From Phyllobates terribilis (lineage: Eukaryota): a stretch of 64,000 nt of DNA. Location: positions 360,902,001 through 360,966,000 of the forward strand of contig NW_027362769.1 in NCBI RefSeq assembly GCF_046119375.1. Direction: 5' to 3'. The notes beneath the pieces were generated by a model. That model was given only the letters and a program-made list of their open reading frames with translations. It had not been told where the DNA came from and ran no database searches. A program made the translations under genes and the position numbers. Positions 1 to 12,749 of this stretch are shown in pieces. Position 1 is the first letter of the stretch, and each line of letters begins with the position of its first letter.

Positions 1-426
1 CCTCTGGTTGTTGGGAACAGCTGTAGAACCTCATCCGGAGGTCCGCCTCAGTAAGGTCCTCAAAGACAGTCTGTAGTTTTTGGAATATTGCGGACACTGA
101 CTCCTGGTCTGCGGCCGACCACGTATCCACTTCCCGTTCCGCAGCACCGGTCAGTTGTCCCAATACAACGGCGCTATTTGTTTGCCGGTCATAGAGTACA
201 TGTCTAAGATACCACATATCTTCCGTTTGAATCCAGACAGGGTATCTGGTTTGCCATTGTACTGGGGGAGCCACTTTGCTCCAGGAATGTACGGTAAATT
301 CATAGGGATAATGAGTGTTACAGGCGCTGCTGGTGAAGCGGCGGCTTCGGCCTGCTCATCATCGGGCGCGGGTTGAACCTCAGGGACGTTGACCGGCATG
401 TCGGCGTTCTGTTGCTCGTCAGACAT
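1..426 (-). pseudogene. gag: gag N-terminal part, frameshifted near 165
   Basis: ORF 151-426 (LPYIPGAKWLPQYNGKPDTLSGFKRKI) is homologous to gag at 56232. Homology (WSAAD..SVSAIFQKLQTVFED) continues in another frame to base 1. Confidence 0.85.
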
Positions 427-792
427 CTTAGCGCCCCCCTAGTTAACCTTGGCCTACCTTCTAGTTCTTTCTTCCGGTAGGCCGCAGCTCCGCAGGTGAT
501 GGGCATCTTCAGGACTTTGCGTCGCTTGCGTCCTACGTCAGAGAGTTCAGCGACGTTCCTCACAGGACCTGGCGCTTCTTGGTCTGACGTTGAAGCGTGG
601 GGCGTGTCCAAGGCTTCGCGCTCTTTTGCAGGTACGCCCCTAATTTTCCCGCGGTTACGCCCTTCTTCTCGCTCGGTGGCCCAACAATGGCGGCAACCTT
701 CACCACAACTTTACGTACACAGTTCAGAATAAAGGCGCACAGTGCCCGGTGGCAACGGGCATAACACGGCGTTGTTGCAGCGGGCACGGGCA

Positions 793-810
793 ATCCTGTT
801 AGTGACGCCA
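793..810 (-). promoter_or_regulatory. Primer-binding site, tRNA-Ser(CGA)-like
   Basis: TGGCGTCACTAACAGGAT, 8 nt inside the LTR. One mismatch to the PBS at 55854 (TGGCGTCACGAACAGGAT), which complements the vertebrate tRNA-Ser(CGA) 3' end as recalled. Confidence 0.75.
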
Positions 811-818
811 GAAGGAGA

Positions 819-1951
819 TGACTAGCCCAGGGGATGGGGATAACTTGGATACCCGGGCCTTTAGCCTTGGGGATGTCGCGGCGGTCGGCACCCGGGCCCG
901 TACCCTGGGGTCTCTCCTTTAAAGAAGGCGTTGATAGATGTTAAGTTTTATTAAAGAGTTTGTGACGCCACCTGTGGCTTCTGGTGAGGATCACCAGTGC
1001 TGCGCAGTCCACTGAAGCCGATGATAAGGCAGCTGGGTGGTATAGCTCCCCACAGGTGGAGCTAGGCCTTAGGGCAGTGTATGACGGGGGATGAAGAACA
1101 GGTGAGACCGAGCCGGGTCAGAGCAAGAATGGGGACAGACACGATAGTCACTTCAGTACCTTTTACTGATGGCAATTCAGGCACGTCCCGGAGCACTGTA
1201 GGGTGAAGGGTGCATGTCAGAATCCTCCCCAATGAGCGGGTTTTGGGCCTCCTGTTTCTTGCCTCTGCGTAGTAAGTTTCTGACCTGCCTGGAGCTAGGC
1301 CTAACTTTGTCTCTGTCCTGCGCTGACTGACTTTGTGGTAGGGCCTTCTCTTGGAGTGCACGCTCCAGACTTACGGGGCCTATGTGTCTCCTGGCATTGT
1401 TACGTATAAGCACTGTAGCGATCCTGGGACTTGTAGTTCTCCAGGGATTCCGGTTTATCTTACTGGGTCGTGGCGATCCCGGTAAGCTTCGGATCCGGTG
1501 TCCGGTAACTGCTTCGGGGTGAGCCAGTTAAGCTCCTCTGCCCCCTATGCACTAACTCTTCTTTTTGCCTTCGGCCTACTCGGGCCCTCACTAGGCTAAT
1601 CACACTAACGGCAGCTTGACGTGCTTCACCGATCTTATGGCGCCGGCACACCTAAGCTAAGCTCACCTCTCTGAGCTTCAACCAAGTCTGGACTGCGCTC
1701 CACTGCAGACTGACCTCTTTCAGGCTTCTATACTGCAGGAACTCTCTCAACAGGTTTGCTCTCTGTCGTGTCCAGTCTAGACTAACTGCTGCCTGGCTCC
1801 ACATTCCCTATTTATCTATCCCTAACGGGCTCCCTCTGGTGGTTTGAGGTGGAAGGTGGAGATGTGTGAATTGTTATGGGGGCCTCTTGTGGAGGAATCC
1901 TTCAATACACCCTTCTAGGATCTGTGATACCAAGCACAGCTGGGCGTCACA
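819..1951 (-). repeat. 5' LTR of Gypsy family B
   Basis: About 1.13 kb, colinear with LTRs 54715-55846 and 61948-63087. AGTAAA signal at 1162-1167. Confidence 0.92.
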
Positions 1952-1952
1952 C

Positions 1953-2261
1953 CGGGAAGGCGTTAATATGTGCTTCCACCAGGTAGCAGGATGGGGCTTC
2001 ATCCGCAGCTCACAGTTCAATCGGGACGTGTTCGTCAACCGGCGGGACGTCGAGCCGCGGCTGGAGCAGGGCCACCCTGGCCGGAACCTCTACCCGGGCA
2101 ATTTGATATACTACTCCCGCCACCACGGGGAGCGTGGGTGGTATGCCCTGGACGTCCACAAGGTAATCAGGGAGGACGCCCCCACGCACCTAGCTGTAGA
2201 GGACCGGTCAGGCTCCGTTGGTAAGAAAGAGCCATTCCCCCGGAGGGGATCCCACTTTTAA
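1953..2261 (+). CDS. Cold-shock-domain (OB-fold)-like ORF, 5' end cut by the family B insertion
   Basis: REGVNMCFHQVAGWGFIR..RDVFVNRRDV..NLYPGNLIYY..GERGWYALDV. RNP1-like GWGFI and RNP2-like DVFV at CSD spacing, plus the terminal A-x-x-V strand. Confidence 0.7.
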   Translation, partial: REGVNMCFHQVAGWGFIRSSQFNRDVFVNRRDVEPRLEQGHPGRNLYPGNLIYYSRHHGERGWYALDVHKVIREDAPTHLAVEDRSGSVGKKEPFPRRGSHF

Positions 2262-2794
2262 GCAGCCCCGGGAGATGGATCTCCCTATTGTGTGAACTGT
2301 TATTTGTTTTTCAAGTTTTTCACCCGGATTTAGTTGAAAGAGACATTTGTCCCTGCGGACGCTCCGCATGTGAAAGACTAACTTTGTAAATAGTTTGCAC
2401 CTATTTAGGTGCTCCCTATTGGTTTTATGTAAAACCACTTCTACCTCAGACCTCAGAAGCAAAACCTGTCTGGTGTGGCTCTACTGAAGTTCCAACTTGG
2501 GATTTCCATACCCTGCAGCCACCCCAGGGCCTACGCTGATGGTTTGGGGCAGGTCCCTCATGCTGCTGAACTGACTTTTTCTACCGTATTTTCTACAGTA
2601 CTGTCTACATGCATAATGTCTCTTTGATGTTTTCTATATTTATACTATATATATCATGCAACGTTAAAGTAACTGAGCCTCCCATAAAGGGAAGATTGTT
2701 TCATGTTTACAAAAACTTTTAAAATTTTGAATGTATGTACCAATTCTTTACTCTATTGCAGCCCGCGGACGTGCTGAGTTTCACCGGGGGGGAA

Positions 2795-4042
2795 TGTGGC
2801 GCCCCTGAGGGTTCAATCGCCACAGGGGTACTGCACCTCAGATGAGGTGTGGTATCTCCTCCTCTAGGTAAGGATGGAGCATCACACGAGACCCCACTCC
2901 ACACTCAACACTACATCACTCCTGTCCTGTAGGGGGCCTAAATGCACCAGGGTGCTGCCCCGGCACATGATAGAGGAGATAGGGGGGAACTAAAGATAGG
3001 GGGAACCTAGTAATGGGTGAGGGTGGAGGACACACTTTAAGGAAGCACTTATTGATTGATATATAATCCACGGCCATCTTAAGTTCGAGGTCTTTGATTG
3101 AGGGTCTTCTGTCAGGGTACAGCAAGAGTCTGTAGCTGGCTGAAGATTCGCGGTCCTCGTACTCTGGCCTTGAGACGAGGAGCGAGTCAGAGTTAACCAC
3201 TGTCTCTAACCGGTCAGGGTCCTGTCCTAAGAAGGCCTAGGAGGGGAGCAGAGGAGATAGGCTCCACAGGCAAAAGGATCCCAGGGGGATACAGACGGAG
3301 CGGAGTCGCCACCTGTATTCTTTACTCTGGCCTAGTCAGAGGGATTCCTGCTGCAAAAGGGGTAACCTGCCCCCGATATCTGACTTTGTCACTTCACGTC
3401 TCAGTCAGAGAAGCCTGGAGGCTTAGTGGATCCCAGGGTGATACGGACGGAGCGGAGTCGCCACCTGTATCTCTTAAACTGCGTTTACCCAGTGGGACCC
3501 GGCCTTACACCACGTTCATTCCACGCACAGTCAGGAGAAGTTTCAGTAGGAGAGCTTACCAAGGAGAGGAACACACACCAGCGGGGTCTGTACAGGTGCT
3601 ACTGATCTACCTGGGAAGTGCTGGATCCCCTTCCCGGTGGCCGCAGTACGCCGTGAGTAGCAGAGAGAAGCATTGCGGCTGTAAGTTCATCTAAAGTGAG
3701 TAAAGACCCGGATGACTTCATTCACCGCCTCCGCTTGTTTATTCCTGCGCGGCATTGCACCCACCATTCCTTCGCACACTGCCCTGAGGCCTGCTCCGCC
3801 TGTGGGGAGCCGTCCCATCCTAGCTGCCCCTAACACCAGCCTCAGTGGACTGTTGCAGCGCTGGTGGCCTTCACCAGAAACCACAGGTGGCATAGCCGAA
3901 CAACCACTCATCCCAAAGCACATTATTTTAATGTGACAGCCCTGGGCACGGAACGGGTCCAGGCCACGACTGCATCACCGCAACATGTACACTGACCCGG
4001 CTCCGAGTAACCCCACCGCCAGGGAGGGCGAGGCGAGTCACA
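2795..4042 (+). repeat. 3' LTR of Gypsy family A
   Basis: Follows the PPT. TGTGGC...GTCACA termini, AGTAAA at 3699. Start is similar to the solo LTR at 40553-41765. Confidence 0.85.
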
Positions 4043-7000
4043 GGCAGCTCTATATACTGTGCAAACTGCTCTATATACTGTACAGGCAGCTCTATATACT
4101 GTACAGGGTGCTCTATATACTGTGCAAACTGCTCTATATACTGTACACACTGCCCTATATACTGTACAGGCAGCTCTATATACTGTACACACTGCTCTAT
4201 ATACTGTACACACTACTCTATATACTGTACAGGCAGCTCTATATACTGTACACACTGCTCTATATACTGCACACACTACTCTATATACTGTACAGGCAGC
4301 TCTATATACTGTACAGGCTGCTCTATATACTGTGCAAACTGCTCTATATACTGTACACACTGCCCTATATACTGTACAGGCAGCTCTATATACTGTACAC
4401 ACTGCTCTATATACTGCACACACTACTCTATATACTGTACAGGCAGCTCTATATACTGTACACACTGCTCTATATACTGTACAGGCAGCTCTATATACTG
4501 CACACACTACTCTATATACTGTACAGGCAGCTCTATATACTGTACACACTGCTCTATATACTGTACACACTACTCTATATACTGTACAGGCAGCTCTTTA
4601 TACTGTGCACATTGCTCTATATACTGTACAGGCAGCTCTATATACTGTACACACTGCTCTATATACTGTACAGGCAGCTCTATATACTGCACACACTACT
4701 CTATATACTGTACAGGCAGCTCTATATACTGTACACACTGCTCTATATACTGTACACACTACTCTATATACTGTACAGACAGCTCTATATACTGTGCAAA
4801 CTGCTCTATAAACTGTACACACTGCTCTATATACTGTACACACTGCTCTATATACTGTACATACTGCTCTATACACTGTATATACTGCTCTATATACAGT
4901 ACACATTGCTCTATATACTGTACAAGCAGCTCTATATACTGTACATACTGCTCTATATACTGTACACACTACTCTATATACTGTACAGACAGCTCTATAT
5001 ACTGTGCAAACTGCTCTATATACTGTACATACTGCTCTATACACTGTATATACTGCTCTATATACAGTACACATTGCTCTATATACTGTACAAGCTGCTC
5101 TATATACTGTACACACTGCTCTATATACTGTACACACTACTCTATATACTGTACAGGCAGCTCTTTATACTGTGCACACTGCTCTATATACTGTACAGGC
5201 AGCTCTATATACTGTGTAAACTGCTCTATATACTGTACACACTGCTCTATATACTGTACAGGCAGCTCTATATACTGTACAGGCAGCTCTATATAATGTA
5301 CACAATGCTCTATTTACTGTACACACTGATCTATATAATGTACACACTGCTCTATTTACTATACACATTGCTCTATATACTGTACAGGCAGCTCTATATA
5401 CTGTACACACTGCTCTATATACTGTACAGGCTGCTCTATATACTGTACACACTGCTCTATATACTGTACAGGCAGCTCTATATACTGTACAGGCAGCTCT
5501 ATTTACTGTACACACTGCTCTATATACTGTACAGGCAGCTCTATATAATGTACACACTGCTCTATTTACTATACACATTGCTCTATATACTGTACAGGCA
5601 GCTCTATATACTATACAGGCTGCTCTATATACTGTACACACTACTCTATATACTGTACAGGCAGCTCTTTATACTGTGCACACTGTTCTATATACTGTAC
5701 ACACTGCTCTATATACTGTACACACTGCTCTATATACTGTACAGGCAGCTCTATATACTGTACACACTGCTCTATATACTGTACAGGCAGCTCGATATAC
5801 TGTACACGCGGCTCTATATACTGTACACGCTGCTCTATATACTGTACACACCGCTCTATATACTGTACAGGCAGCTCTATATACTGTACACACTGGTCTA
5901 TATACTGTACACATTTCTCTATATACTCTACACACTGCTCTATAAATTGTACAGGCAGCTCTATATACTGTACACACTGCTCTATATACTGTACAGGCTG
6001 CTTTATATACTGTACACACTGATCTATATACTGTACAGGCTGCTCTATATACAGTACAGGCAGCTCTATATACTGTACACACTACTCTATATACTGTACA
6101 CACTGCTCTATATACTGTACACTCTTCTCTATATACTGTACATGCTGCTCTATATACTGTACACACTACTCTATATACAGTATATGCTGCTCTATATACT
6201 GTACACACTGCTCTATATACTGTAGAGGCGGCTCTATATATTATACACATTGCTCTATATACTGTACACACTAATCTATATACTGTACAGGCTGCTCTAT
6301 ATACTGTATACACTGCTCTATATACAGTACACATTGCTCTATATACTGTACAGGCACTCTATATACTGTACACACTGCTCTATATACTGTACAGCCTGCT
6401 CTATATACTGTACAGGCTGCTCTATATACTGAACACACTGCTCTATATACTGTACAGGCTGCTCTATATACTGAACACACTGCTCTATATACTGTACACA
6501 TTGCTCTATATACTGTACATACTGCTCTATATACTGTACAGGCTGCTCTATATACTGTATAGGCTGCTCTATATACTGTACACTCTGCTCTATATACTGT
6601 ACAGGCTGCTCTATATACTGTACACACTGCTCTATATACTGTACACACAGAACTATATACTGTACACACTGCTCTATATACTGTACATACTGCTCTATAT
6701 ACTGTACAGGCTGCTCTATATATTGTACACACTGCTGTATATACTGTACACACTGCTGTATATACTGTACACACTGCTCTATATGCTGTACATACTGCTC
6801 TATATACTGTACAAACTGCTCTATATACTGCACACACTGCTCTATATACTGTACAGGCTGCTCTATATACTGTACACGCTGCTCTATATACTGTACAGGC
6901 TGCTCTATATACTGTACAGGCAGCTCTATATACTGTACACACTATCTATACACTGTATATGCTGCTCTATATACTGTACACACTGCTCTATATACTGTAC

Positions 7001-8150
7001 AGGCTGCTCTATATACTATAAACGCTGCTCTATATACTGTACACACTGCTCTATATACTGTACAGGCTGCTCTATATACTGAACACACTGCTCTATATAC
7101 TGTACACATTGCTCTATATACTGTACATACTGCTCTATATACTGTACAGGCTGCTCTATATACTGTATAGGCTGCTCTATATACTGTACACTCTGCTGTA
7201 TATACTGTACAGGCTGCTCTATATACTGCACACACTGCTCTATATACTGTACACACAGAACTATATACTGTACACGCTGCTCTATATACTGTACACATTG
7301 CTCTATATACTGTACATACTGCTCTATATACTGTACAGGCTGCTCTATATATTGTACACACTGCTGTATATACTGTACACACTGCTCAATATACTGTACA
7401 CACTGCTCTATATACTGTACAGGCTGCTCTATATATTGTACACACTGCTGTATATACTGTACACACTGCTCAATATACTGTACACACTGCTCTATATACT
7501 GTACACACTGCTCTATATACTGTACAGACAGCTCTATATACTGTACACACTGCTCTATATAATGTACAGGCTGCTCTATATACTGTACACACTGCTCTAT
7601 ATACTGTACAGGCTGCTCTATATACTGTACATACTGCTCTATATACTGTACACACTGCTCTATATACTGTACAGGCTGCTCTATATACTGTACACACTGC
7701 TCTATATACTGTACAGGCTGCTCTATATATTGTACACACTGCTGTATATACTGTACACACTGCTGTATATACTGTACACACTGCTCTATATACTGTACAA
7801 ACTGCTCTATATACTGCACACACTGCTCTATATACTGTACAGGCTGCTCTATATACTGTACACGCTGCTCTATATACTGTACACACTGCTCTATATACTG
7901 TACACGCTGCTCTATATACTGTACAGGCTGCTCTATATACTGTACAGGCTGCTCTATATACTGTACACACTGCTCTATATACTGTACACACTGCTCTATA
8001 TACTGTACACACTGCTCTATATACTGTACACACTGCTCTATACACTGTATATACTGCTCTATATACTGTACACACTGCTCTATATACTGAACACACTGCT
8101 CTATATACTGTACAGGCAGCTCTATATACTATACACACTGCTGTATATAA
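4043..8150. repeat. 21-bp minisatellite (CTATATACTGTACACACTGCT), about 195 copies
   Basis: Direct inspection. The long LYILYT/VYRAVC ORFs are its translations. Confidence 0.98.
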
Positions 8151-8450
8151 TTGTTGTGCAGTCTGTGCACTATATACAGCTGTGCTCTGTGTGTAGACGC
8201 TGCATTTTGTGTCTTCTCTCAGTAGTTCACCTTTTGCACAATAGTGGGGTGTACTTATATTACAGGTCAGGGAGGTGGCAGTCAGCGGAGGCCATCGCCT
8301 GTGTTACCCTTCTGGGGTCTCAGCAGCTCCAGATCGTCTCCACATCGTGCAATCCGCTTTCTGTACGACAGACATTATCCGGCAGGGAAGCACAACTGGA
8401 GTGCGGAGCTTCTCTCTGTTGGGAGGAGACGGGGCCCATGTTCAGTGTCA
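8140..8450 (+). other. Decayed inverted copy of the H1 upstream region, with internal deletions; no H1 gene follows
   Basis: Matches the reverse complement of 21110-21200, 21440-21580 and 21825-21920. Confidence 0.8.
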
Positions 8451-8548
8451 GTGGATGAAGAGGGAGAGGACAAGAGGAAGAGCAGAAGAGCGATCAGTAC
8501 CTGAGCAGGAAAGAATCTCCTGAGGAGGATGTGATGACTGAGGATCTA

Positions 8549-8634
8549 ACTGCATGCCTGACCTATACTGCATGCCTGACCTATACTGCATGCCTGACCT
8601 ATACTGCATGCCCGACCTATACTGCATGCCTGAC
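8549..8634. repeat. 18-bp tandem repeat ACTGCATGCCTGACCTAT, about 5 copies
   Basis: Direct inspection. Confidence 0.95.
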
Positions 8635-9459
8635 AGCAGAGTGTAATGTTCTGAGCAATGAACTCTCAGCAATCTGCAATCCACAATCGTACGTGTCCTG
8701 TCACAAACCTCCTGCCTTTAGCTGTAGAATTGATCTGTAAATGGATTACTGGAAAACTGCTGAGGAGATGATCGGGGAGACATAATGAGATCTGCATGGG
8801 AAAGTAGAATTGATCTTTCTAGAAATGTCTCTTGTAGGATAAATCCCCGATCAGTATATAGTCCTCCACAATAGTGATTGTGATGCAATGTACTGAAGAG
8901 AAAGATCTGCTGCCCTAATCCCGAAACTCTACAGACTCCTGTATGATGTAAACGAGGAATAATCGCTGCACACATGCAGGTGTTCCCGATATCGGCCCGA
9001 CATAGGACCACGTGTTATATGAAGACAAAGAACAGAAAATCCATCAAGCACTGAGCGGGAATTCACCCATTGGTAACATTAGCTCCTCCTCTTCCTCTGC
9101 GGATTATGAATTTCCCGCTCATTGTAGTTTCCACAACTTCTAAATGTAATGATGTAATTTCTTCCGCTGTGAAAAGAAGTGTCCGGAATTATAGATAAAA
9201 TCTACACAAATGTCTCATGTTATTCGGAGAAACATGAACTAACCGAATCATGTTATACCGGATGAAGGAGACCCCGGAATATCAGATCTGGGGAGCAAGG
9301 GGTGGAGTAAAAAGCCACTGAACACAGGACAACTCGCTCATAAGATTACTGAAAGGATCAGAGCTGTGAAGGACTCATTCATAGGTTTCACTATCAGTCT
9401 AGGAAAGAGTTAATCAGCTCTACTAGCGCCACCTGCCATTTACCCTGTGAATAGACAGA

Positions 9460-10382
9460 ACACAGGAGCAGCCACAGCTCTGATGTAGACGGGAGAGGAC
9501 ACAGGAGCAGCCACAGCTCTGATGTAGACGGCAGAGGACACAGGAGCAGCCACAGCTCTGATGTAGACGGCAGAGGACACAGGAGCAGCCACAGCTCTGA
9601 TGTAGACGGCAGAGGACACAGGAGCAGCCACAGCTCTGATGTAGACGGCAGAGGACACAGGAGCAGCCACAGCTCTGATGTAGACGGCAGAGGACACAGG
9701 AGCAGCCACAGCTCTGATGTAGACGGGAGAGGACACAGGAGCAGCCACAGCTCTGATGTAGACGGGAGAGGACACAGGAGCAGCCACAGCTCTGATGTAG
9801 ACGGCAGAGGACACAGGAGCAGCCACAGCTCTGGGCAGAGGACACAGGAGCAGCCACAGCTCTGATGTAGACGGCAGAGGACACAGGAGCAGCCACAGCT
9901 CTGATGGAGACGAGAGAGGACACAGGAGCAGCCACAGCTCTGATGGAGACGAGAGAGGACACAGGAGCAGCCACAGCTCTGATGGAGACGAGAGAGGACA
10001 CAGGAGCAGCCACAGCTCTGATGTAGACGGGAGAGGACACAGGAGCAGCCACAGCTCTGATGTAGACGGGAGAGGACACAGGAGCAGCCACAGCTCTGAT
10101 GGAGACGAGAGAGGACACAGGAGCAGCCACCGCTCTGATGTAGACGGGAAAGGACACAGGAGCAGCCACCGCTCCGATGTAGACGGGAGAGGACACAGGA
10201 GCAGCCACCGCTCCGATGTAGACGGGAGAGGACACAGGAGCAGCCACCGCTCTGATGTAGACGGGAGAGGACACAGGAGCAGCCACCGCTCTGATGTAGA
10301 CGGGAGAGGACACAGGAGCAGCCACAGCTCCGATGTAGACGGGAGAGGACACAGGAGCAGCCACAGCTCTGATGGAGACGGG
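9460..10382 (-). repeat. 39-bp tandem array downstream of H2B, each unit containing the HDE core
   Basis: Sense unit CTCTCCCGTCTACATCAGAGCTGTGGCTGCTCCTGTGTC, about 24 copies, starting right after the stem-loop. Confidence 0.95.
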
Positions 10383-10387
10383 GTGGT

Positions 10388-10403
10388 GGCTCTTAGAAGA
10401 GCC
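10388..10403 (-). terminator. Histone 3' stem-loop (H2B)
   Basis: AAA-GGCTCTTCTAAGAGCC-ACCAC. Confidence 0.95.
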
Positions 10404-10437
10404 TTTGGGGTGATGGCGGAGCAGCAGACGGANNNNN

Positions 10438-10907
<470 letters not shown>

Positions 10908-10997
10908 GAGCACTGCCGCCTGCTCCTCTCCTACTGGGTAAGAAAGTCATGTGACCTGTGTAAGCTGCGCCCTCTGCGTCTTATTGGTGTTTCCACA

Positions 10998-12033
<1,036 letters not shown>

Positions 12034-12067
12034 GCGCCGCTCCTCCACATCTGTCCGAACAACCAAA

Positions 12068-12083
12068 GGCTCTTCTAAGAGCC
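12068..12083 (+). terminator. Histone 3' stem-loop (H2A)
   Basis: GGCTCTTCTAAGAGCC-ACCAC, with HDE-like TCAGAGCC about 15 nt downstream. Confidence 0.95.
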
Positions 12084-12749
12084 ACCACATCCTCCTCATC
12101 AGAGCCGGCACCGCTGGTGGATAAGAGAACCATCGCCTGCAGCGTCAGATAGAACTACACGATACATTGTTTACTATAGAGTAGAAGCATTAAATGCACA
12201 GGTAGATCCTGCTACTTGTTACTGGTGTGGTGATGGTGCAGTGATCTAGTATATTCAGCAGTGTACAAGGGATGACTGGTAAATATTTGCGTAGGGGACG
12301 GTTAAGCATGGAGTCCAGTCAATTTTTTTTTTTATTTCATTTAACCTATAAATTGGACGATTACTTTGCTTGGGTTTTCTGAGCTCCACACAATTCTCAT
12401 GTAGGGGGAGAGGGGGTTAATTCCAATCAGTGCCGTTATCTGTATATTCAGCAGTGATCTGATGCTTCTCCGCTCCATCTACACGTGCAGGAGGCTCCTC
12501 ACTCACCCGTGTATTATTCTTTGCGGATTCCCTGTGGTGTCAGTTCCGATCCCACCACAGACTAAGACAAGTCTCTCATGTTCTACCAGGAGCCTGATGT
12601 GAGCGCTGCGGGTCTGTAGTGGGGGAAGGAGCCGCTTGTGTAAAGCATGTGTGTGATCAGCAGTCACACGGCCACTAAGGAGTTAAACGGAGGAGGAAAC
12701 CCCTATATCTGGTTACTACTCATTGCCTAAACAGATCCGCGGTCATCAC

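Larger units (their letters stand above)
1..1951 (-). mobile_element. Ty3/Gypsy LTR retrotransposon (family B), 5' LTR + PBS + gag start, running off the left edge
   Basis: Reverse complement matches the LTR, PBS and gag of the full-length element at 54715-63087. LTR ends TG..CA at 1951/819. Confidence 0.93.
1952..4042 (+). mobile_element. 3' end of a second Gypsy element (family A): accessory ORF, 3' UTR, PPT, 3' LTR
   Basis: 2450-2570 is homologous to the 3' UTR of family B (61620-61730). PPT GGGGGGGAA at 2786-2794, then an LTR starting TGTGGCG. Confidence 0.85.

Noticed and set aside
3923-8458. Long ORFs (up to 746 aa, LYILYT/VYRAVC/QYIEQ repeats)
   Set aside because: Translations of a 21-bp minisatellite whose unit is a multiple of 3 and lacks stops.
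8700-9400. Unique-looking spacer ORFs (also 12100-15900, 16600-18300 and 22300-23000)
   Set aside because: Short, without recognisable domains, and lying in duplicated, indel-rich histone spacer modules.
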